Shown one piece after another: positions 54,001 to 64,000 of a stretch of DNA of 64,000 bases; the stretch's first letter is position 1, and each line of letters opens with the position of its first letter. The translations under genes were made by a program, and so were the position numbers. The notes beneath the pieces are model-generated. The model was not told where the DNA came from, did no database searches, and worked only from the letters and a program-made list of their open reading frames with translations. The stretch comes from Antedon mediterranea (lineage: Eukaryota; Animalia; Echinodermata): assembly GCF_964355755.1 (NCBI RefSeq), contig NC_092674.1, forward strand, positions 5,270,001 through 5,334,000, written 5' to 3'.

Positions 54001-57000
54001 AAGTATGTTAAGACAGTGATTGAAAATTAATGACAATACCTTCTATTAACAGCGGTTCCACAATGTCATGGTTAATTAGCTCAAAATTATTGTGTCCCAA
54101 CCAATGCTCAACATTACGTTTACGCCCAGTGAAGAAGTTATCAGCGACGGTCACCTCATGTCCCTCCATCATTAACCGATCAACTAGATGAGAGCCAACA
54201 AATCCTGACCCACCAGTAATCTAACAGGTTAAAAATGAATACAGAGAATACTCTAATAATTACATAAAACACTCAACACAAATTAAGGAGACATAAAATC
54301 ATTGATTAAACAAAGTGTGCCTTCAACATATTCAACTACTCACCAGTATTCGTTTGCGATCTTTTTCTGTAAGGAACTTCACTTCTGGATATTTTCGAGT
54401 AGTTCTAAGAGAACAATTCAAAATCTTATTACAAGTTTACTACAGTGCGAATGCAGGATTGTTTAAATGTGGGAACACTAAAATGATTATGTAAATAGTC
54501 ATTGTAGCTGTCAAATGGAGTGTGCGTCCAAAGTGCTACCTCACTGGATCTGCTCCTAGTTTATTAGGATAAGCTAAAATGTAATGGGTTTGTCTATGCT
54601 TTAATATATAGATTGTTTTCATGACAATGGGGTGGGGTTATATACTGGGATGGGCTTATGCCTGAGTCGCTCTAGTGTCTCTCTGATCTCTGTGTTACTT
54701 ACTTATTTTCCATTTCTTTGATCTTGTCAACCAGTGGCTGAACAATCTGTAAAAATTATAATAGATCTTAAATATATTCTATAACATTTAAGTTCCTAAT
54801 ATCACATTTACTAAGAGTTATGATTAGCATATTACACAAGATATAATATTTTGTAAAATATTTTTAAAAATCATACCTTTCTTATTTCTTGTTCAATATC
54901 TGAATCATCCATCCCTCTTTCTCTGCAAATTAAACAAAATAATAATAGGCCTAGTTCATTGCTATAGAGCGCATATAAGCTTAGCAAGCTCTCAATGCGC
55001 ACTGCACATTATTACCACGGTCATTTTTTGGATCAAACACGTATGGAAACATACTCCCATAATAATGCAGCTAGTAATCAGCGCAAAGTTGTGTCTTGAT
55101 CTAATCGGGTACCCATTTATACACCTGGGTGGAGAGAGGCAAATTGAAGTAAAGTGTCTTGCATAAGGATATAAGCAATGCGGTGAAAGTTGGATTTGGA
55201 CCACGATCTCACGATCAGTAATCCAACGTCTTTGTAATGTATGTTATCATTTATTGTAGATATTATGAGATTAAGCAACAAATGTTAATTTTTTTTAGGA
55301 TTAGTGTAATTACAACCCATTATTTATATTATTTATGAGATTAACTGGATTAAGGACAATTTACACAGACAAGTGGTAACAGTAAGCAGAAAATCGCATA
55401 GCTTGTCTCACATAGAATATGTATCTACTATGAGCAGAAACCACCCGTCGGCTCTGCATTTTCTGTAAATAGTCATAAGGAATTACATACGGTAGATCTA
55501 TATCCACCACTCGTCTGTGTAAATTGGTCTTAAGTGTTTAAAAAACTATATTTGAATCTTACCTGGAAGATACTCCTGTTTTGCCAACTCCACAACACAC
55601 GCCTGGAAAGAAATATAAAAGGAAATAACTACAGTACTATTAGTGTAAGAAACAGAAAAAGCAATTAATACCAATCAAAACACATTAATTACAATATGTT
55701 TAACATTCTGCTATACAATTGCTATAATTGAAACCAAACTAAAACAGAACTGCTAAACAAAGAAAAAAGTAAAAACAATTTAGCTTTTGAAAACAATATT
55801 GATATGACCTTATTTGGTCACAAAAATAACAAACCTGCTGTGATTCAATAAATATATAATAAGATGAGTGTATTGAATTAATTCAAATAGCACTCTTCAG
55901 TGGCAGGTCCAAGATTTTGAAATGGGAAAGGGGAAGGGGTGTGGGTTATCAGAAAGCTGAGACCTCACCACCATCACTTTGAATCTACTATGCTACATCA
56001 AGGTAACTGCTTAGAAAACTTCGGTACATGATAATTTGGCAGGCATTCTAATGGATTAATATACTTTATTTGAGAACTTCAAATCAAATTTAAAAGTAAA
56101 AGAAAACAAAATACATAACAAAAAAAGAATAATGCTACGGAAGGAGTGAGAATGACCCCATGATAGTCAAAACATTCCTCGTTTTTGTAGCATTTATTTT
56201 TCTTTAAAAAAAAATTAATTCTGGATTTCCTATTATTTATTAAAAACAAACTTACCTTTCTTCCTTAAAAAAGCTGAAAAAAAAGTATATTTTACTCTCT
56301 ACAAGTACCAGCGATATAATGATTATTTTTTATCAAAATTCTAGCTACAACAACTACCCATTAAATTTAATTAAGCAAAAAAAAATGTTTAATTTATGAA
56401 TTAAATTATTATGTAAATTTAAAGTTGCAGTAATTCTTTCAATCGTTCAATATATTAAATTATAATTTATATTACTGGTAATCAAATCTGAAACATATTT
56501 TAATTATTATATCCTATTGTTTAAATCTTTTGAAAATAACATTAATTACAATAAATTAACACAAGCAAAATATATAATTGATTCCACTAATTTAAATCGC
56601 ATTTTAAGATATTCTTAAATTTACATATTAAAATATAATAGTGATTTATTCACAGAATTTTGTTGTATATCAAATAAACCATGTAAGCCAGCCAATTAGA
56701 ATATTATATAATATTTCTATGGAATAATATACTGTACAGTACATTTTGTACTACAAAACAATAACATGTGATATTAACTCTAATATTTATTGTTGTTACC
56801 CGATTCTTTTAAACAATCGTCTGTAGGATCGCAAGTTTGCGGTTCATCGTCATTCGCGTCCGTTTTAGATTCTTCACAAGTCTCGAGACGCTCACACATT
56901 GACATGGCATTTATATTATCGAAAATCAATATGATCAGTCCAACAAACCGAAATATACGATTTAAATCCATGTTTTTGCTAATGAATAAACACTGGTTTT

Positions 57001-58629
57001 AGTAGCACACACTGGATATGTACTGTACACATCTACAACTTAAATACTATATATTCTTGTGCTGTATGAATACAACACAAGCATTCAACCGTAGTAAGGG
57101 ATATTCATTCAATATACAATTGAGTACATAGTGTGTGATACTATACAAATTACAAAAGAGTATTAGTGGTTTAAACCACATAATTCAATTTAAGACTAAC
57201 TTACAAGGCTATCCTTACCAGTATAACTATAAACGTATGAACATGTATATATATGATTTATTAATTATTGTTCCTCCAGAAATTAATACAGAATAAAAAG
57301 ATACTTTTGGTCTGAAATTTTGTTTAAATCATGATTATAATATCATTTATTTAGATTTATAAATACAACCTCAATTTGGGGATCTTTATTCATTTCGTTT
57401 AATTAGATAATCATTCATTATTTGTTCATGTATTTTCAGAGTGGTAATTCTTTTTTCACTGGCAAATATAAAATACCTATTTATTTATTTATTTATTCAA
57501 CTTTTTTTTACAAGGTTAGCTCTAACACAGCTGACTTGAAGTAAAGAGGCCAACTTAAAAACAATACAAAAATATACAAACGACATTCAAATATAAAGAT
57601 ACAAGAGTAATCATAAAAGTTAAAAGTTTCAAACAGATTAAAAAAAGTTAAAATGCATACATGTAGAATAAATTAGAAAAATATTAAAATTCATTAAAAA
57701 CCTATAATTTAAAGCCCCATTCTCTACGTTTTTTAGATCTAATTTAAGATCACAAACTATATTTAATGTAAAAATAATACTATATGATCCTATTGCGATA
57801 ACTTTTTTCGTCTTTAAACGGTTAAAAATGTGAAAAATAAGTCGATTCTAATAATTATAGCGGCCTGCTATAAATCCCAAAATGCATTGCGCGCGGATTG
57901 ATATTTTTGTTTTTCACCTGTAATTCGCCCACTTTTCGATCGATCGTGAGGCCAAAACAAATGGAAGACTCCTAACTTTTCAGCGAAAATACCGGGTTTT
58001 CCCCAATTTGTATCAACGGAGTCTGGCAAAAATAGAAAGACAATTAATGCAGCAACTATACAACGTCAGGCTAGGTATATAGGTAGCGTACGATGTTCGT
58101 ACGTTACCGATGTTTACCAGCTAGGCCTACAAAACTAAGCCTAGCTAGGCTAGGCCTAAGACCGTCCACGAGAGGTCGATTGCCGCGAGCTACTTAGGTA
58201 GTGCATTGTTTCTCACTTTTTATCATAATTTACCATAAAACGTACATTTAAGACAAGGAATGACATGGTTTAATGTTTTTAAAGTGATATATATGTATTA
58301 TTTTCCAAAAAACGCTTAAAATTGCAGGGAAGGGGTCTTTAATAAACAATAGTATTCGGTGCAACAGAATACAAGTAGGGATTTCTTTAAATTAGTGCCA
58401 CATGAACCAATTAAAAAAGTAGTCTTAGCTAGTATATAGATAAATAAACAAGATCTTTAAAAAATATTGGTATTTTAGGATAAAACATACCGTAATAACA
58501 TATCTCTATGGTAATACACAAACTGATCAATAATACTTATAGTTTTATAGTAAGTAAAGTATGCCTACCTATGATGATAGCAGACAGCAATCCTGTGAAC
58601 AAGACATATTTAAAACGTTTCATACACAT
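51072..58629 (-). CDS. UXS1: UDP-glucuronic acid decarboxylase 1 (UDP-xylose synthase), type II membrane protein
   Basis: Exons in transcript order: 58629-58569, [58505-58491], [56273-56256], 55602-55563, 54922-54877, 54746-54703, 54404-54344, 54220-54040, 53529-53365, 53050-52929, 52643-52480, 52221-52161, 51962-51905, 51729-51626, 51179-51072. Bracketed microexons are uncertain. Motifs: [56 protein letters not shown]. Confidence 0.95.
51345..51605 (+). mobile_element. RTE-type LINE 3' fragment
   Basis: [10 protein letters not shown] ... [22 protein letters not shown] ... [13 protein letters not shown]...[16 protein letters not shown], typical of the RTE ORF C-terminus. Confidence 0.8.
52308..52459. 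mobile_element. MITE family A
   Basis: TIRs and internal motifs; in a UXS1 intron. Confidence 0.8.
53158..53332. mobile_element. MITE family A
   Basis: TIRs, three internal 20-bp units; in a UXS1 intron. Confidence 0.85.
53763..53929. mobile_element. MITE family B
   Basis: GCCAATTTACACATACGAGCGGTAACGGTA ... AATTGGCCT. Confidence 0.75.
55060..55232 (-). mobile_element. CORE-like tRNA SINE remnant
   Basis: Minus strand GCAAGACACTTTAC...TGCCTCTCTCCACCCAGGTGTATAAATGGGTACC. Confidence 0.6.
55353..55530. mobile_element. MITE family B
   Basis: AGGACAATTTACACAGAC ... GTCTGTGTAAATTGGTCT. Confidence 0.8.
56800..56971 (-). CDS. Candidate alternative first coding exon of UXS1, or a nested small secreted peptide
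   Basis: AAAAACATGG start context, then [24 protein letters not shown] (signal- or anchor-like) and an acidic segment with 4 Cys. Phase-1 donor G|GTAACA at 56800/56799 fits the downstream UXS1 exons. Confidence 0.5.
57713..58338. mobile_element. Kolobok-like non-autonomous element
   Basis: TTAA|AGCCCCATTCTCTAC ... GCAGGGAAGGGGTCT|TTAA; CpG-rich interior. Confidence 0.6.
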
Positions 58630-59024
58630 GCTTACAGTCGACGATGCAACCATTTTAAAATGGTTTCAAAAACCTCGCCTTTTATGTAACTGTACTTAAA
58701 CGTCTGGGAAATGTAAATATCTTTTATATATATATTGTTTGCAAAGCTTTGAATGAGAACAATTTTCTATACACAAACTGTTTTCCATGTTTTGTGACTG
58801 TGCAATGACCCGTGTCGGCGACCCGGCTGCTATTATTTGCCAATTTCAAAATATTTAATATTTTTTTGAATAAACATATACCATAGTATTCAAATACTTA
58901 TTTTATACTAAACAAATTGTTTAAATATTTTTATTTTTATTTATTTTATTTTAATTCAATTGTGTAGTCAGAAACATATATTACTGCTTTTTTAGATTTA
59001 TTTAATAATAATTAAAAGACTAAA

Positions 59025-59133
59025 ACCCTTGTCCAATCAAAATAACAGCCTGACACTGGCGGATTTTTTGTAGCGCCTTTTTTACGTTTATTTTGAAAAA
59101 GTTCGTCTTGTTTTTTCACTGATTTTGGTAAGC
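59025..59133 (+). promoter_or_regulatory. SMC4 promoter and probable non-coding first exon, within a bidirectional region shared with UXS1
   Basis: CCAAT near 59033, E2F-like TGGCGG near 59057, CHR-like TTTGAA at 59092-59097, donor GTAAGC at 59128. Confidence 0.55.
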
Positions 59134-59662
59134 TTCGTGCTTCAACTGTTCAGTTAATTAGATTATTTATAATTCTTTATTATTATAGCCTTTAGTAAAT
59201 ATAGATCCGTAATAGTTTATTGATGTTAAAAGACATGTTTGCGTATGTAGGACTAGGCCTAGGCCTTATCCACGGATGGATGACACGACGATCGACTGAA
59301 GTGATGAGACAGACGGTGTATTGTCTTCCTCGGCTGCTGTTGTTGGTACCAAGACGATTGGGCCCATTTTCTGCTCCCCCCCCCCCCTCCCTCACTCTGC
59401 CCTTAATAGTAATTTCTAGATCAAAGCTACTATTCTAAACAATAATAGATTTAAATTTAAACAGTATGCATTTGAACGATTTATATTAATTTTGCACATT
59501 TTTATTAGGCAGGCCTAGCCTAACCCTAACTAGAGGTAGGCCTACCCTATCCTATATCTTTATTTTTAACAATATTTTGTTTTATCATGGAGTAAAATTC
59601 TTTACTCCATGGTTTTATAATATATTTCTCCTTCATAGGCATATTCTGTGTTTCAGCTCACG

Positions 59663-62600
59663 ATGGAGATAAATGGTGATGGTGAAGGAACAACTGATGT
59701 TCCTATGGAGGACTCGCCACCATTAACAAATAGTGCTACACCACGACTCATGATAACAAAGATTGAAAATGACAATTTCAAATCATATGCTGGCAAAGTT
59801 GTCCTAGGACCATTCCATAAAGTATTGATTTTTATCTGATTTTGTGTTCTATTACTGTTAGAAAACTTTATTTATATAGTTACAAAATATATAATTATTA
59901 ATACTAAATAATATAATCAAATTCCTTGATATTTTTATATAAATGATTAAATTTTACTTTACTTTTTTACTTTATTTCCCAGTACAAAATAAATACATTT
60001 ACAGGTATAATATAATATTATGCATTAAATGCAAATAAAAAATTTACTACACCCGTCTGGTGGATTGTAGAAAACTGATATCACTCTGACCAATATTGCT
60101 ATTTCCTTTGTAAGGTTCTAACAAATTAATTGGTGATTTTGTTTGTTTGTTTTATTAGTTTCTCCACACATTTTAAAATAAAAGATAAAAATTACAAATT
60201 GCAAAAAGAAAATTACAATAAACAAGAAAAACATCAAAAATGTGCGGATGGAGGTCAAATAAGTTGCGGACAACTTTAAGTCGTGACCACCAGTTAAAAA
60301 AAATAAAAATTATATATAAGTTCATAAACTATGCACAAAACATACACACTCTGATGCCATTGTAATAGTTATTTAAAAAGATATTTTATGTTGTTTGTAC
60401 CATCTTTAAAAATCACATTTATTTTTTTAGAGTTTCTCGTGCATAGTTGGTCCAAATGGAAGTGGCAAATCCAACGTCATAGATGCAATGTTGTTTGTGT
60501 TTGGTTACCGTGCAGCGAAAATCAGATCAAAGAAAATATCTGTGTTAATCCACAAATCTGATAAGTTTCCCAATCTTAATAGTTGCACAGTCGCTGTCCA
60601 CTTCCAGAAGATTGTAGACTTTGGTGTAAGTTAAAGGTCTGTCTACACTGTCAAACTAGTTTGACAAAGAAATCTGTGATGTGCCTAAATATGGTAGTGA
60701 CATGACATCATCATGTCCGTATTTTGGCAAATCACACTTTTTTGTCACAAAAAGTTTGATAGTGTAGACTATAGTTCATATCTTTGTATTTTTTTCATTA
60801 GGGTAAACTATAAAAAATAGTCTTACGGTTTTGCTACATTCGGCTAGTAGCATCAGTAGCCTTGTTTACACAAGTGGTGTTTCTCAGTGCTGTCTACAGC
60901 CACCACTTATATCCAATCTAGATGGATTGAGGGCGCAGGAGAGAAAGAACGTGTTTTCGAGTTGTGGTATCTTTTGCAATTTTAAATCAGAATATTTCTT
61001 AATTTTCTTTTCATATTTCTCATAAATATTTATAGTGTTGAATAGCTGAGTCTCTCTTTATTCTAGATTAGGATTTTTGGATTGTGGATGGTTTCTGACA
61101 TGAAATTTAGTCTTAATTTTGTGTTTTTATTTGGGATTTTGTCTTACACATTGCAGTATATTGGGGAGCTTTCGTTTTGCGATGACAAAACTATGTCATG
61201 TTACTTCACTGTGCGCAAATTTGGATGTGTGTCCTCACTCCTCACCTCGACGCAGGTTTGACGGTGTCTAGTCTAGACGACCGGCAACACGTTGATTGAC
61301 CTGACCTAGGTTGATCGTTAGCCTTTGGTTTTTGCAGATCAAAGTTCACTATTAAGATTTTTATTATTTATATCTTTAGCCTGGTGAAGATGAATACAAT
61401 ATCGTGCCAGGATCTCAGTTCATTGTCTCTCGTACCGCATTCAAAGACAGCACCAGTCAGTATCATCTTGACGGTAAACGGGTGCAGTTTAAGGAAGTGT
61501 CCGTTAAGTTACGAGAAAGTGGAGTTGACTTAGATCACAACAGGTTTCTAATCTTACAAGTAAGTTCTAAAGCCTTGTCTACACTATCAAACTTTATGTG
61601 ACAACAAAGTGTGATGATTATGATTATGTGACAGATGGGCATGATGATGTCATATCATATTTAGGAATATCACTACCAAATTTGGGTATATCACACTTTT
61701 TTTGTCAAAGTAGTTTGATAGTGTAGACAGAACTTAATATATTAATTTCATGTTTTGAAACTTGCTAAGACACTAATTAGTAACAATGAACAACTTTACT
61801 GGGACAGGCCAGAAAATGTTGTTACCTGCTCAGATGGGAATAATTTTAGAAGAAAAGTGCATAATATTTTTACCAAGAATACATTCCTTTTGTTCCCGTT
61901 CAACATGCAGTAGTTACTGTAACCTTTAAGCCCTGTCTACACTATCAAACTTGATGTGACAACAAAATGTGATGTGACATGTTGATGTCATATCACTACC
62001 ATATTTGGGCACATCACACTTTTGTTGTCAAAATAGATTGATAGTGTAGACAGAGCTTTAGAGTATTGGGAATAAAAAGAAGAGAAACAGGCTAAAAATT
62101 GTGAATGCCTTTTTTGTAGGGCGAGGTTGAACAGATATCATTGATGAAACCTAAGGCATTGACAGACCATGAAGAGGGCATGCTAGAGTATCTGGAGGAC
62201 ATCATTGGCAGTAATGTTCATAAGGAACCTATTGAAGAACTCAGCAAGAAGGTTGAGGAACTCAATGAAGAGAGAGGAGAGAAGGTGAGCGTGTTATGTT
62301 CAAACAAAATCAGGAATAGGAGAGGCCTAAAGAATATACTATACCTGAATATTCCAAAAATGTGTTCCAACAAATTGGAAAATCGGTTTATTAAGCTCTG
62401 TCTACACTATCAAACTTTATGTGACATATATGGACATGATGATGTTCACTGCCATATTTTGGCATATCACTACCATATTTGGCCACACCACACTTCTTTT
62501 GTAAACTAGTTTGATAGTGTAAACATAGCTTTAGGTTCAAAGTGAATGATAAAACATATTATCAACCATTCAAATGTAGAAATACCTATGCTACAGTTAG

Positions 62601-63968
62601 AGACAGTGAATGCCTTAATTTCACCATCAAATAAATATTTGTTTATTTTAGTTGAGTCGAGTGAAAGCAGTCGAAACCGAAATGAACCAGTTAGAAGAAC
62701 CGATGAAAGAAGCCGAGGAGTTCTTACGCAGTGAGAATGAGATTACTCATAAGAAAAATAAACTTTTCCAAAGATATATGTAAGTCGTCTTTGTCATTGA
62801 CAGTACTGCAGGTGATACTGTATATCCTTGGGTATAATCCCACGTCTGGTTTAATCCTACCCCTATCCTACTACTACTATTTTACATCTGATTTCACAAA
62901 CAGGCATATCCCCGGATATAGTCCCAGTATTGAATTTTGGTCTGGATGTATGCCTTTCTCTAACCAGTTCAGATGAGTTTTTACAAGAAATGCTTACCAA
63001 TCATTTTTTTCCCCCGGGTATAGTCCCAACCCACAAAGTCGGCCCAATTTTGTGTTTTAAGTGGGTGGGATTATACCAGAGGATATACCATAGTGAGCAT
63101 AAATCATAGAGAGATATACATATTTTTTTTCTAGACATGATTGTACAGAAGTATGTAAGGAAGTTGAAACTAAGAAGACTGAAGTAGATGAAAATATGAA
63201 AAAAATACAAGACAACCTGAAACAACTGACAGATGACAATGCAATCAAAGGAAAAGATCATAAGAAACTATTTAAGTAAGTCAACATTTTAGTTTATTTA
63301 TTTAGTTATATCTTATATATATATTTATATGTATTTTATGTCTTTAGGCCAAGGATTACCAATAGTAAATTAATCAATATCCTATTAGATAGGTGGTAAT
63401 CCCCCTGATACAGTGGCTATTTTGTGAACCTGTTCACTGGGATAACCCTGCTACTCGTCTCGATTCATTGATGAACTGGGTTCTTTAAAGTGCACACAGG
63501 TTATAACTGTGTACACTGGACCTACGGTTTATAGTCCTTATCCGAGAAGACTTGTTCCACCACCAGAACTAGGAGCGAGTCGGCCTCGAACCCATGCTGA
63601 TATTGTTGACTTTTTAGTTACGGTAACTGGCCACCCTTAACTGCTTGACCATTTGACTCGCTAGATACAATGCTAGTTATTCTCTATCTCTACACTTTTT
63701 AACCTAGTGAACTAATTTCAACCAGAAATGGTATTGGAATGGCCTAACAGTGTACTCAGGTCTGGTTACCCTTTGCTTGAATGGTAAATAATGAATTTCT
63801 TAATTTTTTAAATAAAGGAAATATGAAAAATTATCAGAAGAAGCCAGGAAAAGAAAAGAAGAATTTGCTGAATTTGAAAGACATGATCTTAAATGTAGAG
63901 AAGACTTGAAGTACACGAAAGAAAAGCAAAAGAAATTAATAAAAGCTTTGGAAAAGGAAAGAACAAAG
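59663..63968 (+). CDS. SMC4: Structural maintenance of chromosomes protein 4 (condensin), 5' portion, continues beyond window
   Basis: Exons 59663-59821, 60431-60625, 61380-61559, 62120-62284, 62652-62779, 63135-63275, 63818-63968, phases consistent. Motifs: PRLMITKIENDNFKSYAG, GPFHK, Walker A GPNGSGKSNVIDAMLFVFGYRA, DLDHNRFLILQGEVEQI, GMLEYLEDIIG. Confidence 0.96.
60635..60770. mobile_element. MITE family A
   Basis: TIRs; begins about 10 nt after an SMC4 donor. Confidence 0.85.
61571..61734. mobile_element. MITE family A
   Basis: TIRs; begins about 11 nt after an SMC4 donor. Confidence 0.85.
61929..62057. mobile_element. MITE family A
   Basis: TIRs and internal motifs. Confidence 0.85.
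62394..62530. mobile_element. MITE family A
   Basis: TIRs and internal motifs. Confidence 0.85.
63410..63655 (-). mobile_element. Deu/Nin-like tRNA SINE, diverged copy
   Basis: Reverse complement of the 8041-8340 element (GGACCTACGGTTTATAGTCCTTATCCGAGAAGAC, CCTCGAACCC). Confidence 0.75.
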
Positions 63969-64000
63969 GTAAGTACTGTTGAAAGAATAAATGGAAAGTC

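Noticed and set aside
58491-58522. 32-nt version of UXS1 exon 2 ([11 protein letters not shown])
   Set aside because: It needs a phase-0 donor that exon 1 lacks. With the phase-1 donor it hits a stop and implies a 46-nt intron.

Overview
AT-rich, intron-rich animal genomic DNA; an invertebrate, probably a deuterostome, inferred from the Deu/Nin-type SINEs. Four protein-coding genes can be rebuilt by hand from splice signals. (1) The terminal exon of a THIK-type (KCNK12/13-like) two-pore K+ channel (+, 8453-9075). (2) A complete group I PAK kinase (+, 12 coding exons, 28023-42737, 530 aa). (3) A complete UDP-glucuronate decarboxylase UXS1 (-, 58629-51072). (4) The 5' part of condensin subunit SMC4 (+, from 59663, running off the window), head-to-head with UXS1. 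The rest is dense in non-autonomous transposons (about 16 copies of one MITE, several other TIR families, a Helitron-like element, tRNA- and 5S-derived SINEs, CR1 and RTE fragments) and minisatellites. Three observations most deserve follow-up. An 80-bp tandem array copies a PAK exon end plus its donor, giving eight potential in-frame 36-nt cassettes. A candidate alternative first exon and microexons could give UXS1 a modular N-terminus. A TATA/Inr-driven spliced transcript with no long ORF runs divergently from PAK. All gene models are manual and have no transcript support.
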